Part shown: piece by piece, positions 1 to 9,319 of the stretch
Layout: every line of letters begins with the position of its first letter
Numbering within the stretch: position 1 is the stretch's first letter
Source of the DNA: Candidatus Omnitrophota bacterium
Lineage (GTDB): Bacteria; Omnitrophota; Gorgyraeia; Zapsychrales; Fredricksoniimonadaceae
Direction of reading: 5' to 3'
Length of the DNA: 54,167 bases
Assembly: GCA_016201795.1 (NCBI GenBank)
Contig: JACQCF010000023.1
Coordinates: 1-54,167 of the forward strand
Notes under the pieces: model-generated
The model's database searches: none
Told to the model about the DNA's origin: nothing
What the model saw: the letters and a program-made list of their open reading frames with translations, nothing else
Position numbers and translations under genes: made by a program

Positions 1-17
1 CGAGAGATTTGATTCAT
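1..17 (-). CDS. 5' end of a divergent gene running off the window (MNQIS...)
   Basis: ATG at 17-15 on the minus strand, GGAGG SD at 31-27, TTGCCT-17nt-TATTCT promoter-like motif at 69-41. Confidence 0.55.
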
Positions 18-162
18 AGTTTTATGCCTCCATTAAAAATAGAATAATCGTTTCTTTGAGGGGAGGCAAGTTCAAAAATCAAAACTCTCTGTAAACACAG
101 AAGATAAGAAGATTAAAAGCTAAAAGTTTTGACAAAAAGTAAAACAACAAAAGGAGGAGTTT

Positions 163-636
163 ATGAAAAGCATGAAAGTATTAATGATCACGGTTTTAAT
201 GTGTAGTGTTATGGCCCTGCCTTTGGTTTATGCCAATGACCAGGGTGGCAAGCATGAATGGAGGGGTAAAAAAATCCAGGAAATCTACAATCAACTGAAC
301 TTAACGGACGATCAGAAAAAACAATTGGAATCCAATAAACAAAAACAAAGACAACAGATGAAAGCCGTCTTCGAGCAAATGAAAACTCAAAGAGAAGCTT
401 TTCGTCAGGAATTGATGAAGCCTAATCTGGATATGGCTAAAATCAACAGCATTCATGCGCAGATGAAGACGCTTCAGGAGCAGATGGCGGACAACCGGCT
501 CAATTCCATCCTCGAGGTCAGGAAGATTTTGACGGTGGATCAATTTAGCAAATTCACCTCACTGATGGAGCAGCATCGACATAAACCATCTTCTAAAGGT
601 GAGCATAAAGCGTCTGAACATGAAGAGTCTGAGTAA
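163..636 (+). CDS. Spy/CpxP-family periplasmic chaperone
   Basis: Signal peptide, two LTxxQ motifs (LNLTDDQ, LTVDQ), helical Q/K-rich body, AGGAGG SD. Confidence 0.8.
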   Translation: MKSMKVLMITVLMCSVMALPLVYANDQGGKHEWRGKKIQEIYNQLNLTDDQKKQLESNKQKQRQQMKAVFEQMKTQREAFRQELMKPNLDMAKINSIHAQMKTLQEQMADNRLNSILEVRKILTVDQFSKFTSLMEQHRHKPSSKGEHKASEHEESE

Positions 637-641
637 AGTTT

Positions 642-1931
642 ATGGATAGTTTACGATTTATCGGACGGGCTCTGCGCTACCGCAACTACCGTCTCTTTTT
701 TGCCGGTCAGAGCGTGTCGCTTATTGGCACCTGGCTTCAGCAGACGGCTTTACCGTGGCTGGTGTATCGTTTGACATCGTCGGTATTTTTGTTAGGAGTA
801 GTTGGTTTCTTAAGTCAAATCCCTACCTTTCTGCTCACTCCTCTGGCTGGCGTCCTCATTGACCGCTTGGATCGCCGTCGTATTCTTATGATCACCCAAA
901 TAGCCGCCATGCTGCAGGCGTTGTTACTGTGGTTGTTACTTGTCAGTCATCATATGAGCATCCCGGCGGTGTTAATTCTTTCTTTTCTTTTAGGGGTGGT
1001 CAATGCTTTTGACATTCCTGCCCGTCAAGCGTTTGTCATTGATATGGTCGAGCATAAAGAAGATTTAGGCAATGCCATTGCCCTTAATTCGTCCATGGTG
1101 CATGCGGCGCGCCTGATCGGCCCGACGATCGCCGGCGTTCTCATCGGTTTTGCAGGGGAAGCCAGCTGTTTTTTGCTTAATGGTTTAAGTTTCTTGGCCG
1201 TGATTGTGTCTTTAATGAAAATGCGTATTCGTCAACGTCCACGGGCTTTCAAACAGGACAGTCTCTGGCAGGGCTTGAAGGAAGGTATCCGTTACGTCAG
1301 CAGCCATATTCCGATGAAAGCCGTTTTGGCCTTGCTGACCATTGTCAGTTTAACCGGTATGCCTTATATGGTGTTTATGCCGGTGTTTGCCAGAGATATT
1401 TTTTACGGCACCTCCTATACGCTGGGGTTTCTCATTGGTGCCTCAGGCTTAGGGGCTCTGGGCGGGGCCGTGTATTTAGCTTCCCGAGGGGGAATTAAAG
1501 GTTTCGGCCGTATGATTGCCGGCGCCTCGGCATTATTTGGCCTTGGACTTATGGCGTTTGCGCTTTCTAAAACCTTGTGGCTGTCCTGGGGCTGCATGGT
1601 GCTGGTGGGTTTTGGGATGATGGTGCAATTTGCCGCCACCAATACAGTGTTGCAAACCATTGTCGAAGACAGCAAACGCGGAAGAGTGATGAGCCTTTAC
1701 ACGGTGGCTTTTATGGGCACGACTCCCTTAGGTAGTTTGATCGAGGGCTGGATGGCGCATCGCTTAGGAGTCCCCATTACTATTTTCGCTGGAGGCCTAA
1801 TTTGTCTGATAGCTTCTTTGGGTTTTGCCCGCTACCTTCCTTACTTACGTGAAGTCATGTCCGCCTCTGCGACTATGTCGCAGGGCGAGATCTCGCCAAG
1901 CCAAAGGCTTGGCGGACTCCAACAACTCTAA
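642..1931 (+). CDS. MFS transporter (EntS/MFS_3-like)
   Basis: About 12 TM segments, motif A (GVLIDRLDRRR), typical N-terminus ALRYRNYRLFFAGQSVS. Confidence 0.9.
   Translation: MDSLRFIGRALRYRNYRLFFAGQSVSLIGTWLQQTALPWLVYRLTSSVFLLGVVGFLSQIPTFLLTPLAGVLIDRLDRRRILMITQIAAMLQALLLWLLLVSHHMSIPAVLILSFLLGVVNAFDIPARQAFVIDMVEHKEDLGNAIALNSSMVHAARLIGPTIAGVLIGFAGEASCFLLNGLSFLAVIVSLMKMRIRQRPRAFKQDSLWQGLKEGIRYVSSHIPMKAVLALLTIVSLTGMPYMVFMPVFARDIFYGTSYTLGFLIGASGLGALGGAVYLASRGGIKGFGRMIAGASALFGLGLMAFALSKTLWLSWGCMVLVGFGMMVQFAATNTVLQTIVEDSKRGRVMSLYTVAFMGTTPLGSLIEGWMAHRLGVPITIFAGGLICLIASLGFARYLPYLREVMSASATMSQGEISPSQRLGGLQQL
1859..1917. repeat. Double-hairpin palindromic element (GTCCGCC...GGCGGAC) inside the MFS 3' end
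   Basis: Terminal inverted repeats, central perfect palindrome GGCGAGATCTCGCC, two arms (ctgcgac-tat-gtcgcag; aagcc-aaa-ggctt); related copy at 11808. Confidence 0.8.
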
Positions 1932-2060
1932 AACGCCCCCGCCGCCTGTCGCCGACCCTTCCAATCCTTAAGGTAGCGCTTGCCTAAAATGTAAAGTTAA
2001 TGGTTTCTACCGTTGGCGCTATGTTAAAAGTATGATATCCTATAAGTATAGGAGGGTACC

Positions 2061-2462
2061 ATGACATCCAAGCGACAAGGCTCAGGTTTTTCTTTGCTGG
2101 AGATTCTTTTGGTGGCGGCGATCCTTTCTTATTCGCTTTCCGTCATACTTACCACGTTTATTACCAGCGTGGGTCTTGACGAAGCCAGCCGTAATTTGAC
2201 GACTGCCACCAGCCACGCCCAATATGTGATGGAGAGTGTTAAAAATACGGCATTTGCCAATATCGCCACCAGTATTACCAGCGGTACGTGGAACTGGATT
2301 ACCGCCACCGTGACCTCCAACGGATTAGCCGCTTTAAATAGCGAGTCGATTGCAACCACCTATTCGGGAACGAATCCTTTGACGGTGACGGTGACGGTCA
2401 GCTGGAATGATACTCATGCAAGGAGCCGGACCAAGGTCTTACAGACTTTGATGTCCGGATAA
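2061..2462 (+). CDS. Prepilin-type minor pilin/pseudopilin (PilV-like)
   Basis: G|FSLLEILL class III signal with E5; C-terminal VTVTVSW. Confidence 0.85.
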   Translation: MTSKRQGSGFSLLEILLVAAILSYSLSVILTTFITSVGLDEASRNLTTATSHAQYVMESVKNTAFANIATSITSGTWNWITATVTSNGLAALNSESIATTYSGTNPLTVTVTVSWNDTHARSRTKVLQTLMSG

Positions 2463-2464
2463 GG

Positions 2465-2926
2465 ATGAATACAAAAGCATTTACTTTAGTTGAAACCATG
2501 CTCTGTGTATTGATACTGTCCTTTGTGCTTCTGGGCGTTTACGGCACTCTGGCGACCGGCAATGCTCTTTACACCAAAGACAGCACTCTTCTGGATATGC
2601 AGCAGCAGACGCGAAACGCCATGGACCGCATTGTGCGCGAGGTGCGCCAGGCTTCTTCTCAGACGGTTACCAGCATCAGTGCCAGCAGTTATAAGATTGT
2701 TTTTAGTATTCCAACCGCCACGGGGGTTCAATATTATTTAAGCGGCACCAATTTAATCCGGCAAGCGCCATCGGGTTCAACCACGACGGTGGCCAGTAAT
2801 ATTGCTTTGTTGAAATTCACGCTTAACGGCACGCTTTTGCAGATTCAAATTCAGGCCAGCAAAACGATTTATAATAATACCATTTCATTTCCTTTAACCG
2901 AGCAAGTGAGGCTGCGTAATGAATAA
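2465..2926 (+). CDS. Prepilin-type minor pilin/pseudopilin (PilW/GspJ-like)
   Basis: A|FTLVETML class III signal; AMDRIVREVRQA helix. Confidence 0.85.
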   Translation: MNTKAFTLVETMLCVLILSFVLLGVYGTLATGNALYTKDSTLLDMQQQTRNAMDRIVREVRQASSQTVTSISASSYKIVFSIPTATGVQYYLSGTNLIRQAPSGSTTTVASNIALLKFTLNGTLLQIQIQASKTIYNNTISFPLTEQVRLRNE

Positions 2927-4133
2927 ACGAGGCTCTATTATTTTTGCTTTTTTGATCATTCTGGTCTTTGCGGCCCTGGGGGCGGCCATTGTTTTGCGCA
3001 GTGTCAACGAAGCGGCCGCGGCCAAGAGGACTTCAGATTCCACCGGTGCTTTATGGGTGGCGGAGGCCGGTGTGCAAAAAGTCTACTGGGAATACAGTTA
3101 TAATAATTGTGGGGGAATGGTGCCAAGTACAGCCTGCGGAAGTGGTAATAAAAGCCTTGCAGGGACTCTGACCGGATACGGCGATTATGACGTGACCTTA
3201 AACAACGCCTCCTCCCCCCTCATCCAGTCGATAGGGTCGGTGCCCAGCCGCAGTTCGTCTCGCAAAGTTCAGAGGAATGTTCAGGTGACTGTCAGCCGGC
3301 CGGCTATTTTTGGCAATGGCATATTCGCGCAGGGGCAGGTGACGTTATCCAAAAACGCTCTGGTTGATTCCTATAATTCGAGCAATGGCAATTACGGCGG
3401 TTCCAATATTCTTCATAATGGTAACGTGGGCAGCGACGGGACAACCGCGGGCATTATTATTATTGATAATAACGCGACCATAGAGGGCAATGTCTCAACG
3501 GGGCCGGGAGGTACAGTCACGCAAGGTAATGGTGATACGATTACGGGTACAATCAGCAGCACTAATAATATCACTACCCCTTCGGTGGTTGTGCCGTCGG
3601 CTTTAACCGGTTTGTCCAGCAGCGGGACATTAAGCGTGGGTAATAACGGTTCGAAGACGCTTAGCGACGGGGATTATAAATACACCAGTGCCAGTTTATC
3701 CAACGGCAGCACGCTCAATATTAGCGGTAATGTACGGATTTATCTGACGGGGGCCAATGATTTGACCACCGGCAATAATGTGACTCTCAATGTCAACAGC
3801 GGCGCGACCCTTACCGTTTATACCGATGGGACGCTTAATCTCAGTAATAATATCACCATCAATAATATTTCTAAAATTCCGGCGAATATGCAGATTTACA
3901 GCACCTATACCGGGGCCAATGGAGTGACTCTGACCAATAATGGTACAACTTACGCGGGGGTTTACGCGCCTGGTACGGATGTCGAGGTCAGCAATAACAA
4001 TGGTTTTTATGGGGCGGTGGTGGGTAAAACAGTCAAGTTAGATAATAACGGTGAGGTTCATTATGATGAGGCCTTAACCACCATGGCCAATCCTTTTGCG
4101 CAAGCCATTATCAGCAGCTGGCAGGAGTTTTAG
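2919..4133 (+). CDS. PilX/GspK-like minor pilin with large N/G/T/S-rich C-terminal domain
   Basis: KRG|SIIF signal lacking E5, ALWVAEAG motif, terminal HYDEAL...SWQE. Confidence 0.75.
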   Translation: MNKRGSIIFAFLIILVFAALGAAIVLRSVNEAAAAKRTSDSTGALWVAEAGVQKVYWEYSYNNCGGMVPSTACGSGNKSLAGTLTGYGDYDVTLNNASSPLIQSIGSVPSRSSSRKVQRNVQVTVSRPAIFGNGIFAQGQVTLSKNALVDSYNSSNGNYGGSNILHNGNVGSDGTTAGIIIIDNNATIEGNVSTGPGGTVTQGNGDTITGTISSTNNITTPSVVVPSALTGLSSSGTLSVGNNGSKTLSDGDYKYTSASLSNGSTLNISGNVRIYLTGANDLTTGNNVTLNVNSGATLTVYTDGTLNLSNNITINNISKIPANMQIYSTYTGANGVTLTNNGTTYAGVYAPGTDVEVSNNNGFYGAVVGKTVKLDNNGEVHYDEALTTMANPFAQAIISSWQEF

Positions 4134-4149
4134 CCCAGGAAGGGCTCAT

Positions 4150-5505
4150 TTGAAGCGGCTTTTTCTTCTTCCCCCATTATTTTTTTCTTTATATTTCTGC
4201 TTGGCAGCTTGGGCCGCAAGCGGTGATTCCTACGCAGTGTCTGGTCCATTGCCTCATGTTAAAACTCAAATGCATACAGCCGGTTTCTGGACAGCCCGGC
4301 ATACATCCGTCGATGATGTGGTCATGTCATCGGGACAAATCGAAGCTTTTAACAGGCGTGTGCGCAAGGATTTGAAGCTGACGAAGGATATTTTTTCGTT
4401 GGCGGATCATTTTCAGAGTGAATCCTTAATGGATACTTTTCATAAAACCCTGGCGGATTTTACCAACAAAGGTTATTACACGGCTCAGGGAATCAGAGAT
4501 GATGAAAGTTTTCTGGAGAAGGCCAGAAACAATATGAACTTAAACGGCGTGGTTTCAGGGATGGCGCCGCGCTATGGTCTGGTGATCCATGAGGCCAATC
4601 AAAGATTTCTGCCCACCCAGGAAGGTTTGTACGCGCAAAAAGGGGATATCGATTTCGATGAGCTTCAAAACAGCGCTTTGGAGGTAGGTACTGCCCTGGC
4701 CGTGGTTCATCAAAGCCTCGACGGAAAATGGGTTTATGTGCTTTCCGCTTTAAGCGACGGGTGGGTTGCGACGGATCATGTCGGGCTGGGGGATATCCAT
4801 CAGATAAAAAAGTTTGTTGAGTCTAAAGATTTTGTGGTTGTCACCAGCCCTCAAGCCGATATTTTTTTAGATGAAAAGATGAGAAGTTTTAACGGTGATG
4901 CGCGCATGGGAGTCAAGCTGCCTTTGGTAGGACAAAACGAGCATCAATGGATAGTCCAGGTACCGACGCAAGATAAGGAAGGCAGGCTGCAGTTGGTCAA
5001 AGGTTATATCCCCAAAGCCCAGGCCCATGAAGGTTATTTGTCTTATACCGCCAGGATGATTTACAACCAAGCTTTGGACATGCTGGATAAACCTTACGGC
5101 TGGGGGGATAGGGATGGTCGGCAGGACTGCTCGCGGTTTTTGCAAATGGTTTATGCCACCGTCGGTATTCAGCTGCCGCGGGATTCGAAAGATCAAGCAC
5201 AGACAGGAGAGGTGTTGGCTTCTTTTAATAAAAAGACTACCGACAAAGAAAAACTTCAAGCTCTACAAAACGCTTCAGGCGCGCTGACAATACTACCCAT
5301 GAAAGGGCATATCATGTTGTATTTGGGAATGATCGACGGTATTCCTTACGCGATTCACGAAACCTCAGGATATTCCAAAACCATTGATGAGAAAGAGATC
5401 AAATACGTGTTAAACCGTGTGGTGGTCTCTGACCTATCGCTGGGGGAAGGTTCAAGGAAAGGCTCGCTGTTAAGGCGTTTGTCGAAAGTTATTGAAATAC
5501 GATAA
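4150..5505 (+). CDS. SH3-containing NlpC/P60 peptidoglycan peptidase (YkfC-like), exported
   Basis: PYGWG...DCSRF catalytic Cys, GHIMLY His; signal peptide if started at TTG 4150. Confidence 0.85.
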   Translation: MKRLFLLPPLFFSLYFCLAAWAASGDSYAVSGPLPHVKTQMHTAGFWTARHTSVDDVVMSSGQIEAFNRRVRKDLKLTKDIFSLADHFQSESLMDTFHKTLADFTNKGYYTAQGIRDDESFLEKARNNMNLNGVVSGMAPRYGLVIHEANQRFLPTQEGLYAQKGDIDFDELQNSALEVGTALAVVHQSLDGKWVYVLSALSDGWVATDHVGLGDIHQIKKFVESKDFVVVTSPQADIFLDEKMRSFNGDARMGVKLPLVGQNEHQWIVQVPTQDKEGRLQLVKGYIPKAQAHEGYLSYTARMIYNQALDMLDKPYGWGDRDGRQDCSRFLQMVYATVGIQLPRDSKDQAQTGEVLASFNKKTTDKEKLQALQNASGALTILPMKGHIMLYLGMIDGIPYAIHETSGYSKTIDEKEIKYVLNRVVVSDLSLGEGSRKGSLLRRLSKVIEIR

Positions 5506-5508
5506 ACC

Positions 5509-6585
5509 ATGGATGCGCGGATTGAAAACATAACAGTTTCTTTATTGCAAGCGCCTTTGATACAGCCGTTTCGCATTGCCATTGGAGAGCACCATCATCT
5601 TAAGAATCTTTTGGTGAGATTGAAACTTACCAATGGTACGGTGGGTTACGGGGAAGCGGCAATTGCCACCCACATTACCGGCGAGACCATCGCACAAACA
5701 CAAGAGAATCTTTTGATAGCTGCCAAAGGTCTCCAAGGCCAGGGGGCGGCGGATTATTTAAGGATTTCCAATTGGCTGCACGATTCCTTCCCACTCAATA
5801 AAGCGGCGGTGGCGGCACTGGAGATGGCTTTGCTGGATGCGCTTACCCGCCAGATGAACATTCCTTTGTGGAAAATGTTTGGTCCAAAGCCCCATCGATT
5901 AAAAACCGATATCACCATTGTCATCGGCTCTTTGGAAGAAACCCAGGCGAACACTAAAGAGTTTTATCGACGAGGTTTTAGATCATTTAAGGTTAAAATC
6001 GGCCGCGACATGGATTTGGATTTTAAACGGGTGGCGGCCGTTGCGAAACTGGCGCCCAAATCCCCAATTATCCTCGATGCCAATCAAGCCTATAGCGATA
6101 AGCAAACGCTAACGTTTCTTAAAAGTTTGGATAAAGCTCGTATCCCTGTGGCTCTCATTGAACAGCCTGTCCTTAAGTCTGACAGCGAAGGCCTTAAACG
6201 CGTGACGCGATTATCCAAAATTCCTGTCTGCGCCGATGAGAGCGCTTCATCGATTTCGGATGTGATGGGTTTAATTAGAAACAAAGCCGTGGATGCCGTC
6301 AATATTAAACTGATGAAAACAGGTTTATTGCACGCCTTTGAAATTGCCCGTTTGGCCAGGGCCAATAACCTTAAAGTTATGATTGGCGGTATGATGGAAA
6401 GCAACCTCGCCATGACTGCGGCCGCCCATTTAGCTGCGGCGTTGGGATATTTTGATTTTATCGACTTGGACACACCGTTTTTTATTAAAGGTGCAGTGGC
6501 CCGAAATCCCTATTTGACTCATAGCGGCATTTATGATTTAACCAAGGTCAAAGCTGGCATTGGTATAAAACTTTTATCCTCATGA
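5509..6585 (+). CDS. L-Ala-D/L-Glu dipeptide epimerase (YkfB/YcjG-like, enolase superfamily)
   Basis: KVK motif, DANQ, EQP, ADES metal ligands, NIKLMK, DLD motif. Confidence 0.9.
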   Translation: MDARIENITVSLLQAPLIQPFRIAIGEHHHLKNLLVRLKLTNGTVGYGEAAIATHITGETIAQTQENLLIAAKGLQGQGAADYLRISNWLHDSFPLNKAAVAALEMALLDALTRQMNIPLWKMFGPKPHRLKTDITIVIGSLEETQANTKEFYRRGFRSFKVKIGRDMDLDFKRVAAVAKLAPKSPIILDANQAYSDKQTLTFLKSLDKARIPVALIEQPVLKSDSEGLKRVTRLSKIPVCADESASSISDVMGLIRNKAVDAVNIKLMKTGLLHAFEIARLARANNLKVMIGGMMESNLAMTAAAHLAAALGYFDFIDLDTPFFIKGAVARNPYLTHSGIYDLTKVKAGIGIKLLSS

Positions 6586-7751
6586 TTCATCATCCCCTGG
6601 CGTTGATTACGGTTTTATTATTGATTGAAAGTATTGTCCTTTATTTAGCTCATCACGTACGTTTTTCTAAATGTTTTAATATCCTTCCTGCGGTATTTTG
6701 GATTTATTTTTTGCCCATGCTGGCCTCAAGTGTGGGGCTTGTCGATTCCAAAGCTTCCGTTTATACGACGATCACGACGTATCTTTTGCCCATGGCTCTT
6801 TTCTTGCTTTTGATGAGTGTGGATATCAAAGCCATTGTGCGTTTAGGACCGCCGGCATTGGTGATGTTTTTTGCCGGCTCCTTGGGGATTATGCTGGGGA
6901 TGGTGGTGGTCTTTGCGTTTTTTAGAAACGTCGTCGGAGGGCAGTTTTGGTCGGGTTTTGCCGCCTTGTCCGCTTCCTGGACCGGCGGCAGCGCCAATAT
7001 GATTGCGGTCAAAGAAGCGTTAGGCACGCCGGATGCCGTATTTTTGCCGATGGTGATTGTCGACACCATAGTCCCTTACGTGTGGATGGCCTTCATGGTG
7101 GCCTTCGTGGGGTTAGCTCCTATCTTTGACCGTTGGAACCGTGCTGACAGGGCTATTTTCGATGATTTACACCAAAGGATTAAAGATGCTCCTTCCTCAA
7201 AGCCGCAGAAGCTGACTTTTACGACGAGCGTAGGTTTGGTGATGTTAGCCTGCATAGGAGGTTCGTTCTCCATTTATGTGAGTCATTTTTTGCCGCAAGT
7301 CAAAGGTATTATTTCTTCCTACGCGTGGGGAATTATCATCGTTTCCTGTTTAGGGGTTTTGTTATCTTTGACGCCGGCTAGAAAATTTGAAGCACATGGT
7401 TCTAACAGAATCGGTTATTTTATTCTATATTTTGTACTCACATCGATAGGTGCTAGGGCCAGTATCGCTCACATGGGTTCGGCATTTATATTGATGGCGG
7501 CAGGTTTTTTGGTGGTATTGATTCATGCCTTTGTTTTGTTGATCACCGCCAGGCTCATGCGCGCGCCTTTATTTTTGGCTGTTGTTGCTTCTCAGGCTAA
7601 TGTGGGCGGGGTCGCCTCAGCGCCGTTGGTGGCGGAAATTTACCAAAAAGGCTTTGCCAGTGTGGGGCTTCTTTTGGCCATTTTAGGTAATATTGAGGGC
7701 ACCTATATCGGCATTGTCACTGGCCAAATGTTGCATTGGCTGGTTCGATAA
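6582..7751 (+). CDS. DUF819-family membrane protein (putative transporter)
   Basis: About 11 TM segments, SWTGGSANM and SQANVGG motifs. Confidence 0.85.
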   Translation: MIHHPLALITVLLLIESIVLYLAHHVRFSKCFNILPAVFWIYFLPMLASSVGLVDSKASVYTTITTYLLPMALFLLLMSVDIKAIVRLGPPALVMFFAGSLGIMLGMVVVFAFFRNVVGGQFWSGFAALSASWTGGSANMIAVKEALGTPDAVFLPMVIVDTIVPYVWMAFMVAFVGLAPIFDRWNRADRAIFDDLHQRIKDAPSSKPQKLTFTTSVGLVMLACIGGSFSIYVSHFLPQVKGIISSYAWGIIIVSCLGVLLSLTPARKFEAHGSNRIGYFILYFVLTSIGARASIAHMGSAFILMAAGFLVVLIHAFVLLITARLMRAPLFLAVVASQANVGGVASAPLVAEIYQKGFASVGLLLAILGNIEGTYIGIVTGQMLHWLVR

Positions 7752-7784
7752 TTCAAGAAAATTCAGATACAAAACAGGCAAGCG

Positions 7785-7793
7785 TGATATAAT
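7785..7793 (+). promoter_or_regulatory. Extended -10 promoter (TGaTATAAT), 7 nt upstream of ATG 7801
   Basis: Consensus match; no SD between it and the ATG. Confidence 0.55.
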
Positions 7794-7800
7794 TTTCACC

Positions 7801-8094
7801 ATGAAAACAAAAGATGAAGTCATAGCAGTTCTTAAAACCGTCAAAGATCAACTTAAGGCCAAATATAAGGTTAAAGCTCTCTGGGCTTTTGGTTCTCTGG
7901 TTCGGGGAGAAAATACGGCTTTAAGTGATATTGACATTTTAGTGGACTTTGATGAGGGGGCGGATTTGTTTAGTCTCATCAGTTTGGAGATTTTACTCGA
8001 GGAAAAATTACAGCAAAAAGTGGACGTTGTTCCTTTAAGGGCTTTGCGTAAGGAAATCAAAGAAAATGTTTTTAGAGAAATGATCACGGTATGA
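7801..8094 (+). CDS. Minimal nucleotidyltransferase (MNT) antitoxin
   Basis: FGSLVRGE...SDIDILVDF motif; start reassigned from 7693 to ATG 7801. Confidence 0.9.
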   Translation: MKTKDEVIAVLKTVKDQLKAKYKVKALWAFGSLVRGENTALSDIDILVDFDEGADLFSLISLEILLEEKLQQKVDVVPLRALRKEIKENVFREMITV

Positions 8095-8420
8095 TCAAAG
8101 ATTACAAGATTTATCTTAACGATATTTTAGGCGCTATTAAGAGCATAGAAGAGTTTCTTAGTGGTGTTGATTTTTCAACCTTTCAGAGTGATGACAAAAC
8201 TTCCAGCGCGGTTATTCGTAAGTTAGAAATTCTCGGTGAAGCCGCCAAACAAATCCCAGAAGATATTCGACAAAGATATCCTCATATTCCATGGAAAGAA
8301 ATGGCCGGTATGCGTGATCGGCTTATTCATTTTTATGCCGGCGTGGATTATCGTTTGGTATGGGAGACTGTTCAGGAGAAATTGCCTGTCGTTAAAGAAA
8401 GCATCAAGAAGCTGATCTAA
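8091..8420 (+). CDS. HEPN/DUF86 ribonuclease toxin
   Basis: RDRLIH (Rx4H) motif followed by Y; ATGA overlap with the MNT gene. Confidence 0.9.
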   Translation: MIKDYKIYLNDILGAIKSIEEFLSGVDFSTFQSDDKTSSAVIRKLEILGEAAKQIPEDIRQRYPHIPWKEMAGMRDRLIHFYAGVDYRLVWETVQEKLPVVKESIKKLI

Positions 8421-8476
8421 TTCCCCAGCCATTGCGCAATGTCTTTATTGTTTCAATTCCGAAACATTTAAATCTA

Positions 8477-8505
8477 TTGAACCCTCCCGAAGATATATAT
8501 ATAAT
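8477..8505 (+). promoter_or_regulatory. Sigma70-type promoter for the trxA operon
   Basis: TTGAAC-17nt-TATAAT. Confidence 0.6.
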
Positions 8506-8602
8506 GTCTCCATTTTAGGAAAGGCCGTCCCGACATTATGTCGGGTCGAGCCTCGTCATTTCCTTTTTATAAGGGAATGAGGAAAAATGACGGGAAAATC
8601 CT

Positions 8603-8923
8603 ATGGACGCTTTACATCTAAATGACAAGAATTTTGAGACGGAAGTTCTGAAGGCGCAGGGGCCTGTCCTGGTGGATTTCTGGGCCGAATGGTGCGGGCC
8701 GTGCAAAATGATTGCGCCCATCATAGACCAGATCGCCGGCGAATTAGCCGGAAAAATAAAGGTGGCGAAGCTTAACGTGGATGAGTCCGCGGATTTAGCC
8801 GGGCAATATAATGTCATGTCCATTCCCACCTTGCTGATTTTTAAAAACGGGCAGGTCGTAGACCAAATCGTGGGGGCTATGCCTAAGGACAGGCTATTAG
8901 CCAAATTAAATTCGCATTTATAA
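8603..8923 (+). CDS. trxA: Thioredoxin
   Basis: WCGPC active site, 106 aa, SIPT cis-Pro loop. Confidence 0.97.
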   Translation: MDALHLNDKNFETEVLKAQGPVLVDFWAEWCGPCKMIAPIIDQIAGELAGKIKVAKLNVDESADLAGQYNVMSIPTLLIFKNGQVVDQIVGAMPKDRLLAKLNSHL

Positions 8924-8925
8924 CA

Positions 8926-8952
8926 GTAGGGGCTGGGTGACCCAGCCCCTAC
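8926..8952. repeat. GTAG-type REP-like perfect hairpin
   Basis: GTAGGGGCTGGG-TGA-CCCAGCCCCTAC, 12-bp stem, no U-tract. Confidence 0.7.
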
Positions 8953-8963
8953 AGGAGAAGCAT

Positions 8964-9314
8964 ATGTTTATTGAGGTTTTAAAATCTAAAATCGGCCATG
9001 CGCGTCTGAGTGCTGCCGAGCTTCATTACGAGGGCAGCATCACCATTGATGCGGACATTATCAAAGCTGCTGGGATTGTTGTAGGCGAAAAGGTGCATGT
9101 GCTCAATGAAAATAATGGTTCTCGTCTGGAAACCTATGTGATTGCCGGCAAGCCCGGCTCTGGCGAGGTGTGTTTAAACGGCCCGGCCGCACGGCATGGC
9201 TATGTGGGCGATACGCTGATTATTTTAAGCTACGTATGGTGCACGCCCCAGGAGGCCAAAAGCGTGCAGGTAAAAGTGGTCTATTTAGATCAGAAAAATA
9301 GGATCAAAAAATAA
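8964..9314 (+). CDS. panD: Aspartate 1-decarboxylase
   Basis: LKSKI, YEG|SITID autocleavage site, RLETY, LNGPAAR; AGGAG SD at 8953 supports ATG 8964. Confidence 0.95.
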   Translation: MFIEVLKSKIGHARLSAAELHYEGSITIDADIIKAAGIVVGEKVHVLNENNGSRLETYVIAGKPGSGEVCLNGPAARHGYVGDTLIILSYVWCTPQEAKSVQVKVVYLDQKNRIKK

Positions 9315-9319
9315 CCATT

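Noticed and set aside
7693-7800. N-terminal extensions in the ORF track (7693, 4096, 8937, 12823, 17838, 28257, 37282, 37306)
   Set aside because: They overlap upstream genes or promoters; downstream starts fit family N-termini and SD or -10 positions better.
7801-8420. MNT-HEPN pair as a novel defence system or mobile island
   Set aside because: It is a common, well-described toxin-antitoxin module, and no flanking repeats or mobility genes were seen.
8964-9314. PanD with KSKIGHA instead of the usual KSKIHRA as a pseudogene
   Set aside because: The G|S cleavage site, Lys9-, Arg54- and Tyr58-equivalent residues and full length are retained.
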